From positions 21,371 to 85,370 of the forward strand of contig MGGJ01000013.1 in NCBI GenBank assembly GCA_001792345.1: a stretch of 64,000 nucleotides of DNA, in the 5' to 3' direction. The translations under genes and the position numbers were made by a program. Source of the stretch: Candidatus Woesebacteria bacterium RIFCSPHIGHO2_01_FULL_39_32. Lineage in GTDB: Bacteria > Patescibacteriota > Microgenomatia > UBA8517. Below the pieces are notes generated by a model. That model saw nothing but the letters and a program-made list of their open reading frames with translations. It was not told the origin of the DNA and ran no database searches. Below, in pieces: positions 40,334 through 50,332 of the stretch (position 1 is the stretch's first letter; each line of letters starts with the position of its first letter).

Positions 40334-41289
40334 TAATTGCCTCCTTTTCCATGAAACGCCTCGTGGATGTCACGCAGATGTTTATGGGTAACGTGGGTGT
40401 AGATTTGAGTTGTTGAGACATTTTTATGTCCAAGCATTTCCTGAACGCTCCTTAAATCAGCTCCAGCCATTAAGAGATCTGTTGCAAAAGAGTGGCGCAG
40501 AACGTGTGGAGTAACTTCTACAGGTAATTTCATTTTTTGACTATACTTTTTGATCATTCTTTGAAACGATCGGGGAGTGAGGCGCATTTTCTCGTCAAGT
40601 GTAGTCGGTTCAACCTTCCCTCTATGACGAATAAAAAGTGGCTTAAACCTGTCTGGGCGAGCTTTTAAATAATCCGAAAGCCATTTGACAGCACGGGTTG
40701 AAAGAAAGACAACACGCGCTTTACCACCCTTTCCGACAATTCCGAACTCACGCCTATCTAGATCAAGTTTATCTTTGTCCAACTTTGCAAGTTCCGACAC
40801 ACGAAGCCCTGTTGAAAATAAAACCTCAAGGATTGCTTTATCTCTTTTTCCTTGAATAGTCGAAAGGCTTGGAGCATTTAAAAGTCGATCAACTTGATCA
40901 CCGCTTAGAAATTTAACTTGCCGCTCGCTAATTTTAGGAAGGTCAATTTTATCAGGTGACATTACCTTGTAGTCATTTTTGATAAGCCAGCGCAGAAATG
41001 AACGAAGCGCAATAACATGATAAGCTTGAGTTTTTCTGCTCAAAGTACTACCTTTTCCATCTGATCGACGCGAAAGATATACCCGGTACTGCCTAACCAC
41101 TTCTGGATTTATATCTCTAAGTTCAAGCCTGATTCCTTCTTTTTCCAGCCATTCAAGATAGCGTTGCAAATAATGTTTATAGTTACGGATTGTTAGGGGA
41201 GAGGAACCTTTTTCAACCTCGAGGTATTCAAGAAACTCACTTATCTTTTTTGCAACCTCTGAAGTCTGAGTTTGGGCAGCTGCAGACAT
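40333..41289 (-). CDS. tyrosine recombinase (XerC/XerD family)
   Basis: HVLRHSFATDLLMAGADLRSVQEMLGHKNVSTTQIYTHV and an N-terminal SAM-like domain. Confidence 0.85.
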   Translation of the reverse strand: MSAAAQTQTSEVAKKISEFLEYLEVEKGSSPLTIRNYKHYLQRYLEWLEKEGIRLELRDINPEVVRQYRVYLSRRSDGKGSTLSRKTQAYHVIALRSFLRWLIKNDYKVMSPDKIDLPKISERQVKFLSGDQVDRLLNAPSLSTIQGKRDKAILEVLFSTGLRVSELAKLDKDKLDLDRREFGIVGKGGKARVVFLSTRAVKWLSDYLKARPDRFKPLFIRHRGKVEPTTLDEKMRLTPRSFQRMIKKYSQKMKLPVEVTPHVLRHSFATDLLMAGADLRSVQEMLGHKNVSTTQIYTHVTHKHLRDIHEAFHGKGGN

Positions 41290-41350
41290 ACTTTAGACAG
41301 TTTACATCGAGTGAAGCGAGATGTCAATATTGTGCGACTAAATAAATTAC

Positions 41351-42052
41351 TTACAATATAGCCGCAACGAAGTTCAGGTTTGCACAACTTCCATTTTCTC
41401 CACTCACCCTAAATAGTCTATCCCGAAACATACCATCAAATCTTCCAATATTAGAAAGTAAAAAAATGTACGCGTCTGTATTTGAAGCAATATCCATTGC
41501 TTGTTCAGGAACGTCCTCAAACATTGCCCCGAGATTAAACATATTTATATTAAAAGATTTCAGAATTCCGCCTTTCATTTCCACAGTGGGCCAAATAGAA
41601 ATATTTTGTCTTGGGATTTTAGGCAATTTTTCCTCATACCATTCATAAGTAGATTTTATTAGTTGAGGGCGCCTGGAAGTTATTACTTTAAAAGGTATTT
41701 TAAGATCAACAAGCTTACTCGTAAACTTTTCCGCTCCCGGGAGTACTTCGGCTTGCATAAGAAAACTGGGATCAAACCAAACGTAATTCTCTAAATCTAT
41801 CGCTCGTTGTTGTGGCCATCCACTCTCAAGGGCCCATTGTCTAACTGCATGCCAATGTCTAATATCAACGTCTCTATAACCAGTTTTAAGTTCACAGTTA
41901 ACAAAATCTAAAACTAAAGTTCTTGTATCACTAATAACACCGTCGTTATCTAGACCTGGATTATTTTCCTTGAAAAATTTTTCTGCTGAGTTATTTACAA
42001 GTCTTTCTATTCTTTCGCGAGTCATGTTTTTAGCAACATGATTATATACCAA
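41351..42052 (-). CDS. HAD-family 5'(3')-deoxyribonucleotidase-like protein
   Basis: TYEWYEEKLPKIPRQNISIW resembles the NT5C-family YEWLxxHFPFIPxQN segment. Confidence 0.4.
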   Translation of the reverse strand: MVYNHVAKNMTRERIERLVNNSAEKFFKENNPGLDNDGVISDTRTLVLDFVNCELKTGYRDVDIRHWHAVRQWALESGWPQQRAIDLENYVWFDPSFLMQAEVLPGAEKFTSKLVDLKIPFKVITSRRPQLIKSTYEWYEEKLPKIPRQNISIWPTVEMKGGILKSFNINMFNLGAMFEDVPEQAMDIASNTDAYIFLLSNIGRFDGMFRDRLFRVSGENGSCANLNFVAAIL

Positions 42053-42139
42053 TATCTTTCTGAATCTATAATAGTTTCGGGTTAAGCATTTCGTAAACCC
42101 AGCATTCCATCAGATCGATTCTAAGACCAGTGTATTAAA

Positions 42140-42940
42140 AAAGGTGGGTAACTTATCGTCTCAACAATAATATTTATTCCCTAATAATTAACACAATCAC
42201 TAAATAACTTAGTAACTTAATCTCTTGTATTTCCGTCGGGGGAGAGGGGTGCAGGACTTGAAAAATAACATATTAACTTCTTCGGTTTATGTTCGGCATA
42301 ACTAATTTTAATAGACTTTTGACGGAGAATAAGAAATAAAATAAAGTTACAAAGTAATTGAGTTACAAAGTAACTAACACAGCAAAAATCATAAAAAAAT
42401 GCTCCACTCTGAGGTCCATTTTACTTACGTCGCAAAAGTATCATTGTACGACATTATAATATTTCCTTCTCTAGGTTCTCTCAATACTTCTAATCAAGCA
42501 ACCGCCCAGAGGATAATTAATCAAAGTCTAACGTTACTAAAAGCATTTTAACGCTAGTTCCCCCTAAGAGAAACGGATAAATATTCACTCACTTAAAAGC
42601 ACTTCTTCGGTAAATATCTAATACGTCGCAATTAGTTATCCACATTGTAAAAGGATCATAACCAAATCTATGCAACTTTTTCATCAGTTTACGTTATGCG
42701 AACATAAATGAGGAGAAAGTAGTCTTTCCAAGGCTGGTAACTATATCATTCTGCATCATCTCTGAGTGCATTTCTCTTCCAGTATCCGCTTCGGTCTTTC
42801 TTTGGAGATCATTGATGTACCGCTGTGTGAAAAAAACCTATAATATTTGTGAAAACATTTCTAGAATACTCATCCTATAATATTAACTATGAGTTACCCA
42901 CTACCCTCTCTCCCCCTTTCTACCTGTCCAGTATTTTTTC
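42140..42940 (+). ncRNA. candidate large structured non-coding RNA (family unknown) in a 926-bp ORF-free region
   Basis: gggggagagggg (42238-42249) complements ccctctctccccc (42905-42917). ggtgggtaact (42144-42154) complements agttacccact (42891-42901). Three cttcgg motifs at 42288, 42605 and 42789. A T-tract follows at 42932-42939. Confidence 0.25.
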
Positions 42941-42978
42941 TTTGCCTGGCTTTCTTTTTTAAAAAAAGTTAGAAAAGG

Positions 42979-43749
42979 TTATCCTCCCCAACGTGTAACT
43001 AAAAACATACCGATAAAAACAGCTGCCCCAATCACAAGGTATTCCCTAACTGTTTGTGAAAAAAGCCGCTCTTCTAAATAAGCCTGGCCTAAACCTAAAA
43101 GCACATAGGTAGATACTGTTAAAAAAAGCGATCCTACTACAATTGACGCAGGCCAGAAAAAAAGCGCAAATGCAATCTCTCCAATCACTAGACTCGTAAT
43201 GACTGACATAGACATCATTTTTTTTGAAAATTGTGTGTCTAAACTTATTGTCCAAAAACCTTGGAAAAATAGAGGAAAAGAACAGAAAGTAATAAGTGGA
43301 ACCAAAAAATACAAAGGCCATTTTAAAGATAATATTGTATCGAATATAAGGAAAAAAGTAAGTAGTGTGAGTACAAAGCCAACTCCCCTTGCGGCCCTCA
43401 TAAGAGCTATCGTTCGAACAGCTGCGACCGTGTAAATATTTACCGTAAGACATAAAGCATAGACCCCAAAACCATAAAGAGCTACAACGGGTATCCGGGC
43501 AAAAATACTTGACGGCAAAAGAAACCAAAAAAGTCCGACTGCAACAGTAAAGAGTATTGGTAAAATTAGTGCCAGTAACGTCATGTTATAAGAAAGCCCT
43601 TCACGAAGAGACCAAGAAAATAAGATAAGTGTAAGTACGCCTAAACTTCCTATGCTCAGAAATCGGTATTGTTGAGGAAAAACCTGGACGGCTATAAATC
43701 CGAGAGATAATAATATTGAAGTAAGTATAAAGCGTCTTCGTTTACTCAT
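42979..43749 (-). CDS. polytopic membrane protein, hypothetical
   Basis: About 8 TM helices. Confidence 0.4.
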   Translation of the reverse strand: MSKRRRFILTSILLSLGFIAVQVFPQQYRFLSIGSLGVLTLILFSWSLREGLSYNMTLLALILPILFTVAVGLFWFLLPSSIFARIPVVALYGFGVYALCLTVNIYTVAAVRTIALMRAARGVGFVLTLLTFFLIFDTILSLKWPLYFLVPLITFCSFPLFFQGFWTISLDTQFSKKMMSMSVITSLVIGEIAFALFFWPASIVVGSLFLTVSTYVLLGLGQAYLEERLFSQTVREYLVIGAAVFIGMFLVTRWGG

Positions 43750-44493
43750 TTAGGTAATTTTCTGAAGTATTTCATCAGGAATGTTTATATTAGCATAAAC
43801 TTTTAGAACGTCGCTTTGATTTTCCAGATTGTCTAGAAATGCCAACACTTTTTTAGCAAGAGTTTCTTCATCCACTACCTGGAAATTTTTGGGTTTCTTG
43901 ATTATTTCAAAGGATGATATAGTTATACCAGCTTCTTGAAGTTTATCGCGAGTGGCACCCAATTTATCAACTTGTACGTAAGCTTCTATGTCGCCGTCTG
44001 TTTCTTCGATATCCTCCACTCCGGCGTCGATTAGTGCTAGCATTTGCTCTTCAGGATTATCTTCTTTTTTTACAACAACAAGGCCTTTTGGTTCGAAGTT
44101 AAAGACAACGCTTCCAGGACCCGCTAAACTCCCCCCTCCCCTTTCGAAAAGATTTTTTATTTCTTGACCAGTTCTATTTCTGTTATCAGTCGCAGTTTCA
44201 ATAATAACTGCAATTCCGTTTGGTCCAAAACCTTCGTAAGTAACCTCTTCTAGGTTCGAGCCTTCGCCAACGCCTTTACTGATCGCCCTCTCAATATTAT
44301 CTTTCGGCATGTTATAACTTCTTGCCGTATCAATTGCATCACGAAGTTTTGCATTAGCATTAGGATCAGGACTTCCTCCAGTTTTAACGGAAATCTGAAT
44401 TGCGCGGGCCATTTTGGAAAAAATTTTTCCCTTGGCGGCATCTTTTAAACCTTTTTGCCTCTTTATTGTAGCGTAGTGCGAATGTCCCGACAT
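43750..44493 (-). CDS. yebC: YebC/PmpR family transcriptional regulator
   Basis: MSGHSHYATIKRQKGLKDAAKGKIFSKMARAI. Confidence 0.9.
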   Translation of the reverse strand: MSGHSHYATIKRQKGLKDAAKGKIFSKMARAIQISVKTGGSPDPNANAKLRDAIDTARSYNMPKDNIERAISKGVGEGSNLEEVTYEGFGPNGIAVIIETATDNRNRTGQEIKNLFERGGGSLAGPGSVVFNFEPKGLVVVKKEDNPEEQMLALIDAGVEDIEETDGDIEAYVQVDKLGATRDKLQEAGITISSFEIIKKPKNFQVVDEETLAKKVLAFLDNLENQSDVLKVYANINIPDEILQKIT

Positions 44494-44555
44494 GTTGAAT
44501 CGATAATATTATACTACACACCCCTTGACAACCTAAATTACGATTCTATACTCAA

Positions 44556-45266
44556 ATGAGTTCAATCTTTAAAGGTATGAATACGGATCTTGCCCAAGAA
44601 GCAATTTCTCTTGCTCTTTCCGGCAACTGGCAAGGGGCATTAAAAATTAACGAGGAAATACTAAAAGAAAACCCTAGTGACGTGGATGCCTTGAACCGCT
44701 TAGCTCGTGCCTACTCCGAAACTGGCAACTTCAGAAAAGCCAAAGAAACAGCCCAAAAGGTTCTGAAAATCGATCCCTTTAACACAATTGCAACGAAATC
44801 TATTGAAAAATGGAAAGGGTTGAAAAAGGGTGAAACATATTCGCAAAAGCCTTCCAATCCTCATTACTTTTTGGAAGAGCCCGGAAAAACAAAAATATTA
44901 ACACTGATTCACGCTGGAAGTCCGAAAGTCTTGGCAAAGCTTGATTCCGGAGATGAAATTCATTTAAATACCCATTCCCACAGGGTGTGTGTACAAACTG
45001 TTAACGGAAAGTATATCGGAAGACTCCCCGATGATTTGTCAGCTCGATTACGAAAGCTGATACAACTAGGTAACACTTATCAGGTAATTGTTAAATCTGT
45101 TAACACTCATGAGGCAAAAATTTTTATACGCGAAACTTATCGCGCGCCATCCCTAAAGGACGTACCTTCATTTTCGGCTGAAAGGATAGATTACGTTTCT
45201 TTTACACCACCCGAGCTGGTTCACAATAAATCCGAGATTCATGTAGAGGTTGAGGAGGAAGAGTAA
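44556..45266 (+). CDS. TPR-repeat protein
   Basis: N-terminal TPR-like helices (ALSGNWQGALKINEEILKENPSDVDALNRLARAY). Confidence 0.45.
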   Translation: MSSIFKGMNTDLAQEAISLALSGNWQGALKINEEILKENPSDVDALNRLARAYSETGNFRKAKETAQKVLKIDPFNTIATKSIEKWKGLKKGETYSQKPSNPHYFLEEPGKTKILTLIHAGSPKVLAKLDSGDEIHLNTHSHRVCVQTVNGKYIGRLPDDLSARLRKLIQLGNTYQVIVKSVNTHEAKIFIRETYRAPSLKDVPSFSAERIDYVSFTPPELVHNKSEIHVEVEEEE

Positions 45267-45267
45267 T

Positions 45268-46221
45268 TTAGTACTCAGTTATAAATGACCTGCCGATACT
45301 AACTTCGATATCAAAGTTACCTTCCGGATTTTCTTCAACCTTAATGCAAGGTAATATTGCGGTTAACTTATCAGAAACATTATTTCTTCCTCTAACCTCG
45401 CAGCCTAGATCGTTAACGTTTTCAGGCCCATCAACCTTCTCAATTGAAGTTATTTTTCCTCCCATAACTTCCAGGATAGAACCCATGTCCGTTGCTAGCC
45501 CGTAAACTCCAGTTCCATCTTTTATGCCGACCCTAAAAGCATTTTCCTCAAAGTTTGGATCCACGAAGTAAACCGCCAACTCTTGAGGCAGTGCCCCACT
45601 TACAATATAGCCTTCTTCCCCATCAGAAAGGGTCAGTTTTTTAATATATCCAGTATTTTCCAAAGGTATTTCGAATCTTTTCGGATTTTTAACAGAAAGA
45701 GAGAAAAATCCAATACTTATCTTGTCCCCCACTCCTAGATTTGTACTATAAGGTAGAAAAGTTGCCTTTAACGTGTCAAACATTCTACCTTTGGAAAACC
45801 CACTTGCGGGATAATCTGCCCAAATAAAAACGGGAAATTTAAAATGTTTTGCCAAAGTTCGTGTGAGTAATAATTCTCCTAAGTCTTGTCTTTTACCCAA
45901 TTCCCAAACACTACCTAACTTCCAAACACCCAAGCCTTTTGCAACCTCGACTTCAGTATTACCGGGAATTGAAATTTGAACAATCTCTTCTACAACAGGA
46001 TCAAATATAATAACATCGACTCCACCCTCTGGATTTCGTACTGCAACTGAGATTTTATCTTTGCCGTTCCAGTACTTACGAGTTATATTTACGTACAATA
46101 ATAAAAAAAGGGGTATTAAGATTAAAAGAATATAGCTTATCGCCTTTAAGGGGAAGCTTTTTTTCTCACGATTCCTATTTTTGATTTTTCTTCTTCGGGC
46201 AGGCATGTTAGGTAAATCCAA
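45268..46221 (-). CDS. membrane-anchored hypothetical protein
   Basis: Basic N-terminus and a single TM helix. Confidence 0.35.
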   Translation of the reverse strand: MDLPNMPARRRKIKNRNREKKSFPLKAISYILLILIPLFLLLYVNITRKYWNGKDKISVAVRNPEGGVDVIIFDPVVEEIVQISIPGNTEVEVAKGLGVWKLGSVWELGKRQDLGELLLTRTLAKHFKFPVFIWADYPASGFSKGRMFDTLKATFLPYSTNLGVGDKISIGFFSLSVKNPKRFEIPLENTGYIKKLTLSDGEEGYIVSGALPQELAVYFVDPNFEENAFRVGIKDGTGVYGLATDMGSILEVMGGKITSIEKVDGPENVNDLGCEVRGRNNVSDKLTAILPCIKVEENPEGNFDIEVSIGRSFITEY

Positions 46222-46286
46222 AACCCCAATTTCAAAATCTAAATAAAATTAATTTGATATTTGTCATTTGGATTTGGGATTTTAAT

Positions 46287-47996
46287 TTATGTGAATATCA
46301 ATCTATTAAAATGACTTTGGCCGGCTTTTTTCAAGCGTTCGCTTCTGGTACCGTAAATACGTAATAGGTTTCTGATGTGGTCTCCGGCCACAACTTCAGG
46401 CACGACGACATAATCTGCTCCCTTCTCATAAAGCTTGAGAGCATGAGTTCGTGAGCTACTGGTGAATATAGTCAGTGGTTTTTCCTCAGCTTCAACCACA
46501 TACTCGAGTAATGTGAGGTTGTCCTGCAAGTTACCTACCGTCGAAATTATAAGTCTGGCGCTAACTATTCCCGCTGCTTCCAAAATTTCAGGATCGGAGA
46601 TATCACCAAATATTACGTTAATATTTTCTGCTGTCAGCTCGTTATACACGCTTGGATTAAAATCTACCACCAAAAAGTCATACTTTTTAGCTTTAAAATA
46701 CCTTATCAACGTCCTGCCGGTTCTATGACACCCTGCTATTACGACGTGGTTTTTAAGCGACGTGGGTATATTATCTATATGCTCCGTCGTCTTTCTTCGT
46801 TCAAATATTGAGAGACTTCGTTGTAGTCTTTTGTATAGTTTATCTCCTCCGAGAATAATATAGGTGGAAACAGTCATTGTAATTGCAGTGACCAAAACAA
46901 CCGTGGCTACATCTGATTGACGGACATGGCCTAGTTGGAGGCCAACTGTCAATAAAATAAGGGAAAACTCCGACGTCTGAGAAACAGTAAGGGCTGATAA
47001 AAAAGAGGTTCTTTTTTTGTACCCCATAATCCCCAGAACAACCAATACACTTATAGGATTTATAAGAAGCACAACTGCTGAAAATAATATGGCCGGAAGC
47101 AGGATGCTCTGAATAGGCACACCCAAAACTAGCTGGGTTCCCAGAAAGACAAAAAAGAGTATCAGAAAAAAGTCGTGTAAGCTGCGGCTGCGTGAAGCAA
47201 TCTGCAGGTGCTCAGGAAGCGTTGATAAAGACAAACCCGCCAGAAATCCACCGATTTCTAAACTAAAACCAACTGGGCCGGCCACAAAGCTTGCAACCCC
47301 CAGAGCCCAGGCAACGCTTACAATAAATAATAATTCGGGGGAACCTGCGACAAATCGTTCGAAAAACGGCGGAATTGCTTTTCTGGCAAATATATAAAGG
47401 CTTATCAATAAAATCGCCAATTTAACGGCAACGAAGAAGTAATCAGACAGGGAACTTCCACCTCCACCCACTCCCGCCAAAAAAATCAAAATTAGTATTG
47501 CTACGATGTCCTGAAAAAGAAGCGAGCCAACCGATATCTTGCCGTATAAAGAAGATAAATCCTTTTTATCAGAAAGCAGCTTGACCATGATAATCGTAGA
47601 GGAAAAGGTCAAAGCCGTTGCAATATAGAGTGCCGGAACTAAAGAGAAGCCCAAAATTAGTGCCAATCCCAAACCGACTACTGCTGTGAGTGCCATTTCA
47701 AAAAAACCCGCAATACTTGCGTGTTTACCTATTGTCGCGACTTCCTTGATGTTCATTTCGAGGCCCAACAAAAAAAGTAATAAGGCAACTCCAATTTTTC
47801 CAAGATTTTCGAGAGCAAAATGGTCTGTGATCAAACCACTAACGGAAAGGGCTACACCTGCAAATAAGTAACCTACAAGAAGCGGCTGTCGTAATAGTTT
47901 AGCAGCAAATGCAAAAACTGCAGCCACGACTAAAAGAATAGATAACTGTGAAAAATCCATCAGCTTAAGCTTAAGGGGTTTGAGAGATCTTTTCAA
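46287..47996 (-). CDS. monovalent cation:proton antiporter (CPA2/Kef-type) with a C-terminal RCK/TrkA-N domain
   Basis: Na_H exchanger TM core plus VVIAGCHRTGRTL Rossmann motif. Confidence 0.8.
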   Translation of the reverse strand: MKRSLKPLKLKLMDFSQLSILLVVAAVFAFAAKLLRQPLLVGYLFAGVALSVSGLITDHFALENLGKIGVALLLFLLGLEMNIKEVATIGKHASIAGFFEMALTAVVGLGLALILGFSLVPALYIATALTFSSTIIMVKLLSDKKDLSSLYGKISVGSLLFQDIVAILILIFLAGVGGGGSSLSDYFFVAVKLAILLISLYIFARKAIPPFFERFVAGSPELLFIVSVAWALGVASFVAGPVGFSLEIGGFLAGLSLSTLPEHLQIASRSRSLHDFFLILFFVFLGTQLVLGVPIQSILLPAILFSAVVLLINPISVLVVLGIMGYKKRTSFLSALTVSQTSEFSLILLTVGLQLGHVRQSDVATVVLVTAITMTVSTYIILGGDKLYKRLQRSLSIFERRKTTEHIDNIPTSLKNHVVIAGCHRTGRTLIRYFKAKKYDFLVVDFNPSVYNELTAENINVIFGDISDPEILEAAGIVSARLIISTVGNLQDNLTLLEYVVEAEEKPLTIFTSSSRTHALKLYEKGADYVVVPEVVAGDHIRNLLRIYGTRSERLKKAGQSHFNRLIFT

Positions 47997-48708
47997 GAGA
48001 AGCTAAAGCATTTTTCAGATCTTTCGGAAGATCCGATTGAATATTTAGCGCTTTTTTAGTTTCAGGATGCGTAAAGGAAATCTTACTCGCATGTAAAAAA
48101 AGTCTAACGCAGAATATTTTATCGCGCCTTGCCGTTTTTCTTCCTGCGTAAAAATTGTCAGAGACGATCGAATGGCCTAGATATTTCATATGAATTCTTA
48201 TTTGGTGGGTTCGACCGGTTTTAGGATGAAGCTCTAAAAAAGTGAATAATACTTGATGATTAGTGATTAGTGAATAATACTTAATTACCTTGTATATTGT
48301 AACAGCGTCACGGCCACCCGGAAGCACACCAAAGCGTTCTCTATTCCAAGGTAAACGACCAACGGGTGCATCAATTTCTCCCTCTCCGCCAGCCGGCGGG
48401 TCTACTTTCCCATGAACCAAAGCAATATATTCTTTCTTCACATTCCTACTCTTAAATTGAACCTGCAAATTTTCAAAAGCAGGGTGTGTTTTTGCTACCA
48501 ACAAAATTCCGCTTGTTTCTTTATCAAGCCTGTGGACAATCCCACTTCTTAATTCCCTATTCGCGACAATCGGATAATTAAAATTTTTCTTAAGCCAAGA
48601 TTGAATTACGGGACTGCCTTTGGTTGTTTCAGCCTCGTTAACTATCCAGCCTGCAGGTTTATCAAGAACCAACAAGTACTCATCTTCATATATTACTTTA
48701 GGTTCCAT
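47971..48708 (-). CDS. RluA-family pseudouridine synthase
   Basis: HRLDKETSGILLVAKT catalytic Asp motif, GRTHQIR. Confidence 0.85.
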   Translation of the reverse strand: MEPKVIYEDEYLLVLDKPAGWIVNEAETTKGSPVIQSWLKKNFNYPIVANRELRSGIVHRLDKETSGILLVAKTHPAFENLQVQFKSRNVKKEYIALVHGKVDPPAGGEGEIDAPVGRLPWNRERFGVLPGGRDAVTIYKVIKYYSLITNHQVLFTFLELHPKTGRTHQIRIHMKYLGHSIVSDNFYAGRKTARRDKIFCVRLFLHASKISFTHPETKKALNIQSDLPKDLKNALASLEKISQTP

Positions 48709-48788
48709 AAGTTTAATTTTACCACTAAAAAACCACCTCTCGGCGGTTATTTTTACTAACTACTCACTACCAACTACCCATAACTAAA

Positions 48789-49211
48789 TTATTTCTCCCT
48801 TTTCGCCTGATCTTTGGCACAAAGAGTTGCTTCGGGATAAATCATTAACCTATCCGTATCAATCATCTGTCCACAATCTTCACATATCCCGTATTTTCCG
48901 ATTTTTATACGAGTCAAAGCCTTTCTTGTCTGAATAATTCTTCTATCGAGTTGCTCTTTTAAGGCAGACGCCCTAGCGTGTCCAAATTGTTCGGCAGCAT
49001 CAGCGTCAGGAGACGCGTTATCAATCAGTCGCGAAGTATCCTTGAAAGGATCATCCTCATCAATTTCGTTTCGTCTTTTTTCAAGTAGGTGTAATTTGTC
49101 TTGTAAAAACCCCGCGACAGGAGATAAAAGTTTACTTGGAAAGTTAATTACGTTTTTAACGGTGCTACTTTTCCTTTTTGATATTTTTGTGTTTTTTTTC
49201 GATTTTTTCAT
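48789..49211 (-). CDS. DksA/TraR-family C4 zinc-finger protein
   Basis: CEDCGQMI...LCAKDQ C-terminus. Confidence 0.5.
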   Translation of the reverse strand: MKKSKKNTKISKRKSSTVKNVINFPSKLLSPVAGFLQDKLHLLEKRRNEIDEDDPFKDTSRLIDNASPDADAAEQFGHARASALKEQLDRRIIQTRKALTRIKIGKYGICEDCGQMIDTDRLMIYPEATLCAKDQAKREK

Positions 49212-49816
49212 GGTGATTTTCTTGCAAGATTAAAAAGCAACAAAAAACAAACGAATGCAGCCACCCCTGAAATCAAAGTCTCGTAAGATCCCACAAAGGA
49301 TAGCACAGAGAGAAACTTTAGTGCAACAAGTGATCGAATCAGAAAAAATCCTCCTGCAATCACTAAACCCGAAAACCCAACTTTCCCCGAAGCATACCAA
49401 GTAAAATGCTTGTAATGTTTATTTAGTAGGAAGTATAAGAAAATACCCAGAATAAGAACTACTGAACCAATACCGGAGAAAACTGTTTTATTAATTGTAA
49501 AATCATGCAAGAATGCAAAAAGGATAAGTATTAAGCCCCCCAATATACCTCCTTCAACTGTTTCGAAAATTCGTAATTTGAATCTGAAGATTCCAACTAA
49601 TATTCCCAGGCTTCCACCGACCAACCCTAAGTAAAACCACCAAGGGGCGGCAAAGAAGTTTGCAATAATATTTCCAGCTCCTACACCAAAAAGTGTATAG
49701 AAAGCCGTAGTAAAAACCTGATTACGCGTGTAGTCTTCCTTAAGTTTTTGCCAGAAAAAGAAAAGAAATAACAATACAGCTGCAAAAGTAAAACTGATAT
49801 TTAAAATTAGTGGCAT
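49208..49816 (-). CDS. membrane protein, hypothetical
   Basis: Six predicted TM helices. Confidence 0.35.
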   Translation of the reverse strand: MPLILNISFTFAAVLLFLFFFWQKLKEDYTRNQVFTTAFYTLFGVGAGNIIANFFAAPWWFYLGLVGGSLGILVGIFRFKLRIFETVEGGILGGLILILFAFLHDFTINKTVFSGIGSVVLILGIFLYFLLNKHYKHFTWYASGKVGFSGLVIAGGFFLIRSLVALKFLSVLSFVGSYETLISGVAAFVCFLLLFNLARKSP

Positions 49817-49867
49817 TGGCTTATGGGCTTGACTTGATTTTTAACAAACTATATCATATCAGATACC

Positions 49868-50332
49868 GTGCTTGAGACGCCACATGTCGTCGTAGCGGCA
49901 GCGATAGCGGTAAAGATTGCTAATCCTGCCTTGGCAATCCCCATAGCTTTGGGCAGTCATTTTGTACTGGAAAAAGTCCCTCATTGGAACCCCCATTTAA
50001 ACACCGAGTTTAAAAAATACGGAAAAGTCACAGAGAGAAGTACAAAGATTGTTGTTGTTGACGCTATTGCCTCACTAATATTGGGAAGTTCAATCGCATA
50101 TATGATGCTTCCAGACGTAAATCATGCTGTTTTCGTTCTGGTCGCCTGCCTATTTGGTGTTTTACCCGATTTAATTGAAGCTCCATATTTCTTTCTACGA
50201 AAGAAAAGCCAGTTTTTAGAAAAAGTTTGGATACCACTCCAAAAGTCCTTACAAGTAGATACTTCTCCACTCCCAGGCCTTACAACTCAATTTATAACCA
50301 TACTTGCAGCATTCTGGTGGATATTGGGTTAA
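49868..50332 (+). CDS. membrane protein, hypothetical
   Basis: Four TM helices. Confidence 0.3.
   Translation: MLETPHVVVAAAIAVKIANPALAIPIALGSHFVLEKVPHWNPHLNTEFKKYGKVTERSTKIVVVDAIASLILGSSIAYMMLPDVNHAVFVLVACLFGVLPDLIEAPYFFLRKKSQFLEKVWIPLQKSLQVDTSPLPGLTTQFITILAAFWWILG

Noticed and set aside
42053-42978. Chromosomal origin (oriC) as the explanation for the 926-bp non-coding island
   Set aside because: Only one perfect DnaA box (42642) plus a few 2-3-mismatch variants. No dnaA/dnaN adjacent. Not excluded, but not supported. Kept as an alternative within the ncRNA finding.
42053-42978. RNase P RNA, tmRNA, SRP RNA or a group I/II intron in the non-coding island or the 58500-58745 spacer
   Set aside because: No GGAAAGUCCGG/ACAGAAAGUG-type RNase P motifs. 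No tRNA-like T-arm with tag ORF. No domain-V-like or P7 motifs seen by eye.
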